Part shown: positions 1 through 12,100 of the stretch, piece after piece
Layout of the letters: each line of letters opens with the position of its first letter
Position numbering within the stretch: position 1 is the stretch's first letter
From: Eledone cirrhosa
Lineage: Eukaryota
DNA length: 64,000 bases
Reading direction: 5' to 3'
Assembly (NCBI GenBank): GCA_964016885.1
Contig: OZ024740.1
Location: 36,394,001-36,458,000, forward strand
Program-made: the position numbers and the translations under genes
The notes under the pieces: generated by a model
Databases searched by the model: none
What the model was told of the DNA's origin: nothing
What the model saw: only the letters and a program-made list of their open reading frames with translations

Positions 1-159
1 TTTCTCCTGTCTATGGGAGAGGCAGCACGATTATACCAGCTCTGAGTCGTAGCTGACCATCAGGCTAAAGTCTCCCAGGCTGGCCCCAACATACTTTCCC
101 TATTTTTCCGCGGTTACTTTTTTGCATGTTTCTTTCACCTGTGTCTTCCCGTCGATGGG

Positions 160-305
160 ATCTGTACACTTTTCTTCTTCTATTCCTTTCCTATTTTTCC
201 CCTTCTTCCTCTTTCCTCATCTCCCTCCCCCCTGTTCTTCCCCCTTTCCCTCTCTTTCTTTTTCTCTCTCCTTTTTTTTCTCTCTTTCTCTCTCCTTTTC
301 CACCT
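160..305. repeat. Polypyrimidine (CT-rich) low-complexity tract
   Basis: Almost exclusively C/T on the + strand; the ORFs called here are F/S/L/P-rich by-products. Confidence 0.85.
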
Positions 306-739
306 GGCCTTCTGATTAATAAAAGGTCTCGGGAGCACCCGAACTGCACCGATGTCCTCTAATTCAGCGCCGAAACATCGGCTCGGGATACATTTACAGC
401 TGACGATGGAAACTCCTTTCTTCCTTTCTCCTCCTGTTCCGTCCTAACCACCATCCTAAACCTTGTTTTTAGTAACCACACAGCTCCTTTCGTTTCATAA
501 CTTTTTGTATATATATCTATATCTATATATATTTATTTATATCTATATCTATATTTATATCTGTTTTTTTTAACCGTTGGTCAATCAATGATAAACATTG
601 ATTGCCAGATAAATTAACAATGGAGATATAAAAGACATAGAAGCGAAATCCAACCAAAACCAAACAGTGAGGGTGTTCTATCATTATTTCTGGCAATATT
701 ATAGCAATATGACCCTCCCCAATTATAACATATATATAT

Positions 740-1262
740 AGTAATAATAATAAATATGAAGACTAAAATCCGAAGAGGGTTCGATAAGGATTATATATAT
801 ATAAATATATATAAAAACCGCAGACCAAATATTTATTAAAATAAAAGATTAAAGTATTGTCCGTACTATCCGTTAAGGTATAATGTGGGGCTGTAATACA
901 GGAAGGTTTTATGCAATTTGCGTTTACAAGCCTCAGATTTTTTGTTTAAGATTTCATCATTGGCGTAGAATATTTCCAGGGCTTCAGCGGCGCAAAGATC
1001 GCATGGTCTTTTGTTTCCTTTATACGATTTAGCTTTAGCTAGGATCTCCCGGTGTAACTTATATCGGGTGTGGTTGTCTTTTAGACTCCAGATATAGGCC
1101 GAAAGTGATGTGAGTTCCTTCTTAAAGGGTTAAGAAAAGAATAGATGTGCATCGAAAGACGCTGCTTGAATCTATTGGCGGTTAACCCTATTTAGGCCCT
1201 TCTAGACATGGATGTGTCGACCTTACATTTGTAGACAATACAACTTCCCAAGGTCGACACAT
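740..1262 (-). mobile_element. Truncated, internally deleted Naiad-type Penelope-like element (GIY-YIG C-terminus plus 3' terminus)
   Basis: 866-1245 is homologous to 59534-59860. The minus strand reads IVYKCKVDT..RRA*IGLTANRFKQR...PCDLCAAEALEIFYANDEILNKKSE...LYYSPTLYLNG*. 740-855 matches the terminus at 53110-53223. Confidence 0.85.
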
Positions 1263-1366
1263 ACATGTGCTTCTTCTCGTGTTCCCTCCTTTTTTTGTAT
1301 GTTCTCTGAGTTACTTTTACTTTTTTTCCCATCTGTTTAATATTTTTCGTTGTCCTTTTTTCCTTC

Positions 1367-1440
1367 CCCGATAACTTTCACAAGTTATTGACGCACTGAA
1401 GTTAGACATATTGTCTTTAATGCAGACAACTGAAGAAGGG
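1367..1440 (+). ncRNA. Degenerate hammerhead ribozyme, type II topology
   Basis: ccc-GATA(GAAA)-actt/tcac/aagt-TA-ttgacgca...tgcagacaa-CTGAAGA-a-ggg. Stems I and III are closed and stem II is open; A14 is changed to T. Confidence 0.6.
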
Positions 1441-1466
1441 ACTGGCTCCCATTTGTGCTTTCCTTT

Positions 1467-1505
<39 letters not shown>

Positions 1506-1771
1506 ATATATATATATATATATATATACAAATAAATTATCGAGAATCGGAACCTCGGCCCACGAAATAACGAAACACAATCTTCGAAATGTGTGGCAAA
1601 GTACTCAATAGTTTGGATAAACCAGAGCTATAACTAACGTTTAAATACCAACACACTGAGACGATGCTTAAACAATCATTCGCACAGCCGAAAACACGAC
1701 CAAGAAAATTCGGCTCAGACAAATAAAAATATATATGAATGAAGAATTTACCCGGACCCCCTGGAAAGATG

Positions 1772-1826
1772 GTAAATTCCAGCATTTGGGTTTCTGTGGC
1801 TCCTAAATCAGTTACCGTCAGCTTAC
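1772..1826 (-). ncRNA. Relic type I hammerhead ribozyme in a PLE-like terminal fragment
   Basis: Minus strand: gtaag CTGACGG ... GAAA cc caaatgct gg AA tttac. Stems I and III pair, with two core substitutions and a decayed stem II. Confidence 0.4.
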
Positions 1827-1933
1827 ATGAAAAATATGCGGCTTCTGGTAAGATGATGAACAAGGAAACCACTTTTTCAACGGGCGTTTAGTTCAATAAT
1901 ACAAGAGAACCCGTTACTAAATCCACGTGGGGT

Positions 1934-2402
<469 letters not shown>

Positions 2403-2523
2403 TAGTTAGGGGTGTAACAACAGGTACAGGTGGGGCGTCTTTCGAAGCACTGAATGTTGTTACGTGGTCCATTTCGTTTAGCTTGTATTCCAGTGTTACA
2501 GCTGTAATGTGCAGAGTATAAAT

Positions 2524-2817
2524 AGATTTAAAATAGTCGAAGTCAGTATTGCAACATATGTACACACTTTATTTGTATATTACAATTTTTCGATATTGAT
2601 TAGCTCAAGATAAAATCAATGTGATGGGGGCCCGATTTGTTTTCAACATCTCGTCGTTTCTTTGCGCATGTAAGCTCGCATATCTGACGATATGTTGAAA
2701 AAGAGTAGGACCCCAGTACGTTGATTTTACCTTGGGCTAATCGATATCGAAACAATTGTAATATGCAAATAATGTTTGTACATATACTGCAAAACTGACT
2801 TCGACTTTTTAAAATCT
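2524..2817. repeat. Diverged inverted repeat (arms about 133 bp, spacer about 28 bp)
   Basis: agatttaaaatagtcgaagtcag...ttttcaacatctcgtcg (2524-2656) is the reverse complement, with mismatches, of tgacgatatgttgaaaa...ctgacttcgactttttaaaatct (2685-2817). Confidence 0.8.
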
Positions 2818-2867
2818 CTCTCTCTCTTTCTCTGTCTGTTTCTCTCTCTCTCTCGCTCCCCGCTCCA

Positions 2868-2962
<95 letters not shown>

Positions 2963-2965
<3 letters not shown>

Positions 2966-4070
2966 TATTGAAATTCCGTAGAAAACATAAAAGATCATAG
3001 ACATGAAGAGTGCTCTATGTAATTACCAGAGCAAAATTTAATGTATAAAAATCAATACAATATAATTACCTCATTACCAGAGGTTTCCCGAATGAGGCGA
3101 ATATGAAAGAAACGTCTTCATTCGTTCGTCAGACGAGGCAATATAAAACATGGCTAAATACTTGGAAAGTCTCATCAAGAAAAGCAAAAAATATTATATA
3201 TAAATATAAACAAAAGAATTAGAATCGCCATATGAAATATATAAAATCTTTCAAGCAATATAGTTAGGTGTGTGTATATGTATGTATATATACTCACAGA
3301 TGTACATACGTGTGTATGTACAAATGTGTACGTATAGTGAAAAAGAGTGCGTAAATATATGTGTTAGGGCTAGTGTATCTGTGTATCTGTAAACTACAGA
3401 CAGACATGATGTGGTTGTCTGTCTGGCAGGTACACAGAAAAACAGGGTATTAGATACATTATAAGAATATGAAGGCACGCGTATGAACACACCCACACGC
3501 ACGTACACTTATATGCGGAATTAAAAGAGGTAAGGGAGTGTAATAATTAAAAGAAAGTATCATTCTTGATATATTCATAAAAATGGAACAATAATTTAGA
3601 AAGAAAAAATTAAAGAAAAGAAGACAAACAAGGTACACGTGTACACACACACATATATCTACAAGAAACGTATATCTATAAGAAATATATATATATACAC
3701 GCAAAAACGTGCAGACAAAAGCGTATGCAAGCACACATACGCACACAGGATGCACATATATACGCATATACGCCTCGCCCCATGTATATCTAAACACGCG
3801 CACGCACGCGACTGTATACACACTCGCACACACACGCGACTGTATACACACTCGCACATACACACACACACACAAATATACATGCTTATATACATACGCA
3901 GACTTACACATCCATACAATCGGTACGTACACACACAGACACACACACACATACATACACTCACGCATATTGATCTGTTTACATGCACACACATAAAAAT
4001 GAGGATGTAAAAATAGAAGAAAAAACAAAACATAAAACATAGATGTAAAAACACAGAAATAAAGACACAT

Positions 4071-4117
<47 letters not shown>

Positions 4118-4426
4118 ATGGAAAAATTTGAACAGGGACAAAACAGAGAGGCAGTACAACGAATGTTTATTAATTTCACGCTCTGGAGAGTGGGGTATAT
4201 ATATATACACGCACGCGCGCGCACATACGAAGGCGTTCGTGTACATACATAGAAAGTATACACACATTAAGGCACTTAGACACATAGATACAGGGTGTAA
4301 AAAGCCTTGTGGATAAGTAAGTACAAATATAAAATTATAAGATTGGCTGCGAAATAACAAAAAACATCTGGAGTGGAAAACGCAAGTTGCTGGTAAAGAG
4401 GTAATTATATTGTATTGATTTTTATA
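2963..4426 (-). mobile_element. PLE pLTR/UTR fragment with hammerhead, long (CA/TG)-rich region and short inverted tail
   Basis: Hammerhead at 3069-3138; 37-bp inverted copies at 3044-3080 and 4390-4426; ATG at 3004 opening a short decayed ORF start; (TA)n on both sides. Confidence 0.6.
3069..3138 (-). ncRNA. Type I hammerhead ribozyme, core intact
   Basis: cctcgt CTGACGA a cgaatga...tcattcg g GAAA cc-tct-gg TA atgagg: 6-bp stem I, stem II of 7 bp or more, 3-bp stem III, GUA cleavage triplet. Confidence 0.8.
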
Positions 4427-4594
4427 TATATATATATATATATACAGTATGTTCCGTTGTGTTGTAATATAAATATTACACACAGTAGATTGACAGCTCA
4501 CGTAGAGTTTGCTCGACGGTTCCAGTTGTAGTTCCAAAAGTAATCCGGAGAAAAATAGAAAGATTTGAATGGATACAGTTTAGTTGAAAGGAAT

Positions 4595-4715
4595 TTATTG
4601 ACACGTGTTTCTATAACAGTTACATAACCTGAAAACAGCTGCTATCTACAAAGTTTTAGTTATGCAGACAATCAATATTTCAATGTTATTATTTACTGTC
4701 ATTTCATCAGAATAA
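4595..4715 (-). ncRNA. Type I hammerhead ribozyme with extended stem II, GUC site
   Basis: ttatt CTGATGA a atgacagt...actgttat a GAAA cacgtg TC aataa; palindromic stem III. Confidence 0.75.
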
Positions 4716-5268
4716 TATTACTGAGGACCTATTTGGTTTTTATAGAGAATATTAGGAGGGAGGGGTGAAGTTGTTAGAAGAATAGTTGAGGGAGTGGTCT
4801 TTTGATAGCAGTGAGAATTTTTGGTGTCAGTGAGTAATTAGATTCCTATCTGTTGTTTTGACATTTTTATAGAATATATTATTGGTTATTTTTCTAAATC
4901 AATAGAAGGATTAGAGATAGTAAAGATATGCGTGGTTGGTTTTGTGTTTGCACTTAATTAACATTCAGACTTAAATTTTTCTTTCAAGTGTACGTATCCT
5001 TTCACCCACGCATTCACACACAAATATATTTGCACACCTCTACAAAATACATATACTCACATTCACATAGTAACATGTTCATACTTACATACATATACAC
5101 ATGCGTACATATGTATATACACACATGTATTCATGTACATACATACGCGTTCATGTGTATACATATTCATACTCAACTTATCTTTATATACACACGTATA
5201 GACACACACATATATACATACATACTCTAGTCTATGTGTACACATATACATATACATACACATCTATA

Positions 5269-5366
<98 letters not shown>

Positions 5367-5789
5367 CACTTTAATACATGAATACACTTACATCTAACTA
5401 TACACATCAAACATATATATATATTTACTTATTTATATACATTTTCACATATATATACATACTTATGGACGTTTTTAGACACATTCATTATCGCATATTT
5501 GCACCTATTCTCATCAGCATATCTTTCCATTATTAGTGTGGTAATTTAAGGTTATTAATATATGTTGAGAAGAGATTGTTTTTATATTTTTCTAACTAGA
5601 TTGAGGTTTATATAGTTGGGGGGATGTCCCTCTTTTATGTAATATTCGGCTTGTAGTGGGAAAGAAAGGGTTTTAGTTCTGTGACGGCAGAATAATGTTC
5701 GTTCAAACCACTCCCTCAACTGTTCTTCTAACAACTTCACCCCTCCCTCCTAATATTCTCTATAAAAACCAAATAGGTCCTCAGTAATA

Positions 5790-5910
5790 TTATTCTGATG
5801 AAATGACAGTAAATAATAACATTGAAATATTGATTGTCTGCATAACCAAAACTTTGTAGATAGCAGCTGATTTCAGGTTATGTAACTGTTATAGAAACAC
5901 GTGTGAATAA
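5790..5910 (+). ncRNA. Second copy of the extended hammerhead, with a GUG triplet (likely inactive)
   Basis: CTGATGA at 5795-5801, GAAA at 5894-5897, then cacgtg TG aataa. Confidence 0.7.
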
Positions 5911-5944
5911 ATTCCTTTCAACTAAACTGTATCCATTCAAATCT

Positions 5945-6190
<246 letters not shown>

Positions 6191-9100
6191 TTGTGAATGT
6201 GTGTACGGAGCTAATCCATCGCTATATTAAAGAATTAATCAATTGTTGTGTGTAGTATTATTGTAGTATTATCTGAACTTCTTATTTAAGTGCTGAAAGT
6301 CCTGACCTGTGGATTTTGACAAACATATTATTGTTCTTACAACATACTGTAGAGAGTGAAACTACATTCTGTGGCGAGTGAAACTACATACAGAGGAGAG
6401 TGCAATTACATACTGTCGAGAGTGAAACTTCATATAATGGAGACTGAAACTACATACTGTGGAGAGTGAAACTACATACTGTGGAGAGTGAAACTACATA
6501 TTGTGGAGAATGAAACTACATACTGTGTAGAGTGAAACTGCATACTGTGGAGAGTGAAACTACATACTATGGAGAGTGCAATTACATACTGTGGAGAGTG
6601 AAACTACAAAATGTGGAGAGTGAAACTACATACTGTGGAGAGTGAAACTACATATCGTGGAGAGTGAAACTACATACTGTGGAGAGTGAAACTACATATC
6701 GTGGAGAGTGAAACTACATACTGTGGAGAGCGAAACTACATACTGTGGAGAGTAAAATACATACCCTGGAGAGTGAAACTACATACTGTGGAAAGTGAAA
6801 CTACATACTATGGAGAGTGAAACTACTTACTCTGGAGAGTGAAACTACATAATGTGGATAGTGCAATTACATACTGTCGAGAGTGAAACTTCATATAATG
6901 GAGACTGAAACTACATACTGTGGAGAGTGAAACTACATACTGTGGAGAGTGAAACTACATAATATGGAGAGTGCAATTACATACTGTGGAGAGTGAAACT
7001 ACAAAATGTGGAGAGTGAAACTACATACTGTGGAGAATGAAACTACATACTGTGGAGAGTGAAACTACATACTGTGGAGAGGGCAATTAAATACTGTGGA
7101 GAGTGAAACTACAAAATGTGGAGAGTGAAACTACATACTGTGAGGAGTGAAACTACATACTGTGGAGTGTGAAACTACATACTGTGGAGAGTGAAACTAC
7201 ATACTGTGGAGAGTGAAACTACATACTGTGGAGAGTGAAACTACATACTGTGGAGAGTCAAAGTACATACTGTGGAGAGTGAAACTACATACTGTGGAGA
7301 GTGAAACTACATACTGTGGAGAGTGAAACTACATACTGTCGAGAGTGCAATTACATACTGTCGAGAGTGAAACTTCATATAATGGAGACTGAAACTACAT
7401 ACTGTGGAGAGTGAAACTACATACTGTGGAGAGTGAAACTACATAATATGGAGAGTGCAATTACATACTGTGGAGAGTGAAACTACAAAATGTGGAGAGT
7501 GAAACTACATACTGTGGAGAATGAAACTATATACTGTGGAGAGTGAAACTACATACTGTGGAGAGAGCAATTAAATACTGTGGAGAGTGAAACTACAAAA
7601 TGTGGAGTGTGAAACTACATACTGTGAGGAGTGAAATTACATACTGTGGAGTGTGAAACTACATACTGTGGAGAGTGAAACTACATACTGTGGAGAGTGA
7701 AACTACATACTGTGGAGTGTGAAACTACATACGGTGGAGAGTGAAACTACATACTGTGGAGAGTCAAAGTACATACTGTGGAGAGTGAAACTACATACTA
7801 TGGAGAGTGATACTACATACTGTGGAGAGTGATACTACATAATGTGGAGTGTGAAACTACATACTGTGGAGAGTCAAACTACATACTGAGGAGAGTGAAA
7901 CTACATAGTTTCGAGAGTGAAAATACATACTATGGAGAGTGAAACTACATACTATGGAGAGTGAAACTACATACTATGAAAGTGAAACTACATACTGTGG
8001 AGAGTGAAACTACATACTATGGAGAGTGAAACTACATACTGTGGAGAGTGAAACTACATATTGTGGAGTGTGGAACTACATACTGTGGAGAGTCAAACTA
8101 CAGACTGAGGAGAGTGAAACTACATACTTTGGAGAGTGAAAATACATACTATGGAGAGTGAAACTACATACTATGGAGAGTAAAACTACATACTATGGAG
8201 AGTGAAAGTACATACTGTGGCGAGTGAAACTACATACTATGGAGAGTGAAACTACATACTATGGAGAGTGAAACTACATACTATGGAGAGTGAAACTACA
8301 TACTTTGGAGAGTGAAAATACATACTATGGAGAGTGAAACTACATACTATGGAGAGTGAAACTACATACTATGGAGAGTAATACTACATACTATGGAGAG
8401 TGAAACTACATACTATGGAGAGTCAAACTACATACAGTGAAGATTAAAATTATAGACTGTGGAGAGTGAAACTACATACTGTGGAGAGTGAAACTATATA
8501 CTGTTGAGAGTCAAACTACATACTATGGAGGGTGAAACTACATACTGTGGAGAGTGAAACTACATACTATGGAGAGTCAAACTACACAGTGTGGAGAGTG
8601 AAACTACATACTCTGGAGAGTGAAACTACATAATGTGGAGAGTGAAACTACATACTAGGGAAGGTGAAACTAAATACTATGGAGAGTCAAACTACATACT
8701 ATGGAGAGTGAAACTACATACTCTGGAGAGTGAAACTACATACTCTGGAGAGTGAAACATCATACTAAGGAGAGTGAAACTACATATTATGTAGAGTGAA
8801 ACTACATACTATGGAGAGTGAAACTACATACTATGGAGAGTGAAACTACATACTCTGGAGAGTGAAACTACATACTATGGAGAGTGAAACTACATACTAT
8901 GGAGAGTGAAACTACATACTGTGGAAAGTGAAACTACATACTATGGAGAGTGAAACTACTTACTCTGGAGAGTGAAACTACATACTGTGGAGAGTGAAAC
9001 TATATACTGTGGAGAGACAAACTACATACCGTGGAGAGTGAAACTATATACTATGGAGAGTCAAACTACATGCTGCGGAGAGTGAAACTACATATTATGT

Positions 9101-12100
9101 AGAGTGAAACTACATACTATGGAGAGTGAAACTACATACTATGGAGAGTGAAACTACATACTCTGGAGAGTGAAACTACATACTGTGGAGAGTAAAATAC
9201 ATACCCTGGAGAGTGAAACTACATACTGTGGAAAGTGAAACTACATGCTATGGAGAGTGAAACTACTTACTCTGGAGAGTGAAACTACATACTGTGGATA
9301 GTAAAATACAGACACTGGAGAGTGAAACTACAAACTGTGGAAAGTGAAACTACCTACTGTGTAGAGTGAAACTACATACTGTGGAGAGTGAAACTACATA
9401 CCGTGGAGAGTGAAACTACATACTGTGGAGAGTGAAACTTCATATAATTGAGAGTGAAACTACATACAGTGGAGAGTGAAATTACATACTGTGGAGGGGG
9501 AAACTTCATATAATGGAGAGTGAAACTACATACAGTGGAGAGTGAAACTACATATTGTGGAGAGTGCAGTTATATACTGTGGACAGTAAAACTACATACT
9601 GTGGAAAGTGAAACTAGATACTATGGAGAGTAAAACTACATAATGTGCAGAGTGAAAACTACATAATATGGAGAGTAAAACTACATCTTGTGTAGAGTCA
9701 AACTACATACTGTGGAGAGTGAAACTACATACTGTGGAGAGTGAAACTACATACTGTGGAGAGTGAAACTACATACTATGGAGAGTGCAATTACATACTG
9801 TGGAGAGTGAAACTACATACTGTGGAGAGTAAAATAATTATTCTGGAGAGTGAAACTACATACTGTGGAGAGTCAAACTAGATACTGTGGAGAGTGAAAC
9901 AACATACTGTGGAGAGTGAAACTACATACTGTGGAGAGTGCAATTACATACTGTGGAGAATAAAACTACATACTCTGGAGACTAAAACTACATTCTGTGG
10001 AAAGTGAAACTACATACTATGGAGAGTGAAACTACATACTGTGGAGAGTGGAACTACATACTGTGGAGAGTGAAACTACATAGTGTGGAGAGTAAAACTA
10101 CATACTGTGGAGAGTGAAACTACATACTATGGAGAGTAAAGCTACATACTTTGGAGAGTGAAACTACATACTGTGGAGAGTCAAACTACATAGTGTGGAG
10201 AGTCAAACTACATACTGTGGATAGTGAACCTACACACTGGGGAGAGTCTAACTACATACTGTAGAGAGTGAAACTATATACTATGGAGAGTCAAACTACA
10301 TACTGTGGAGAGTGAAACTACATACTATGGAGAGGGAAACTAGATACTATGTCGAGTGAAACTATATACTGTGAAGAGTCAAACTACATACTATGGAGAG
10401 TTAGACTACATACTGTGGAGAGTGAAACTACATACTATGGAGAGTAAAACTACATACTCTGGAGAGTGCAATTATATACTGTGCAGCGTGAAACTACATA
10501 CTGTAGAGAGTGCCATTATATACTGTGGAGAGTGAAACTACATATTGTGGAAAGTGAAACTACATAGTGTGGAGAGTGAAACTACCTACTGTGGAGAGTG
10601 AAACTACATAATATGGAGAGTAAAACTACATATTGTGTAGAGTCAAACTACATAATATGGAGAGTAAAACTACATATTGTGGAGAGTGAAACTACATACT
10701 ATGGAGAGTGAAACTACATACTGTGGAGAGTAAAATACATATTCTGGAGAGTGAAACTACACATTGTGGAGAGTGAAACTACATACTGCGGAGAGTGCAA
10801 CTACACATTGTGGAGAGTGGAACTTCATACCGTGGAGAGTGAAACTACATACTGTGGAGAGTGAAACTACATACTCTGGAGAGTGAACCTACATATTGTG
10901 GAGAGTCTAACTACATACTGTAGAGAGTGAAAGTACATACCGTGGAGAGAGAAACTACATACTCTGGAGAGTGAAACTACATACTCTGGAGAGTAAACCT
11001 ACATACTATGGAGAGTGAAACTACATACTGGGGAGAGTGAAACTACCTATAGTCGAGCGTCAAACTACATACTGTGGAGAATGAAACTACATACTGTGGA
11101 GAGTGCAATTACATACTGTGGAGAGGAAAAACTACATACTCTGGAGAGTAAAACAACATATTGTGGAGAGGGAAACTATATACTGTGGAGAGTGAAACTA
11201 CATACTGTGGAGAGTGAATCTTCACATAATGGAGTGTGAAGCTACATACAGTGGAGAATGAAACTGCATACTGTGGAGAGTGCAATTATATACTGTGGTG
11301 AGTGAAACTACATACCGTGGAGAGTGCAAGTACATACTGTGGAGAGTGAAACTAAATAATATGGAGAGTAAAACTACATATTGTGTAGAGTCCAACTACA
11401 TACTGTGGAGTGTGAAACTACATACTGTGTAGAGTGAAACTACATAGTGTGGAGAGTGAAACCACTTACAGTGGAGAGTGAAACTACATGCCGTGGAGAG
11501 TGCAATTACATACTGTGGAGAGTGAAACTAGATACTGTGGAGAGTGAAAGTACATAATGTGGAAAGTGAAACTACATACTGTGGAAAGTGAAACTACATT
11601 CTGTAGAGAGTGAAACTACATACCGTGGAGAGTGAACCTACATACTATGGAGAGTGAAACTACATACTGTGGAGAGTGAAACTACATATAGTGGTGTGTC
11701 AAACTACATACTCTGGAGAGTGAAACTACATACTCTGGAGAGTGAACCTACATACTATGGACAGAGAAACTACATACTGTGGAGAGTGAACCTACATACT
11801 CTGGAGAGTGAAACTACATACTCTGGAGAGTGAACCTACATACTATGGAGAGTGAAACTACATACTGTGGAGAGTGAAACTACATATAGTGGTGTGTCAA
11901 ACTACATACTCTGGAGAGTGAAACTACATACTCTGGAGAGTGAACCTACATACTATGGACAGAGAAACTACATACTGTGGAGAGTGAAACTTCATAACGT
12001 GGAGAGTGAAACTACATACTGTGGAGAGTGAAACTACATACTCTGGAGAGTGAACCTACATAATGTGGAAAGTCTAACTACATACTGTAGAGAGTGAAAC

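Noticed and set aside
4445-4550. Hammerhead remnant (minus strand gagcAAA ctc-tacgt-gag)
   Set aside because: Only a stem III-like hairpin is present; there is no CUGANGA core.
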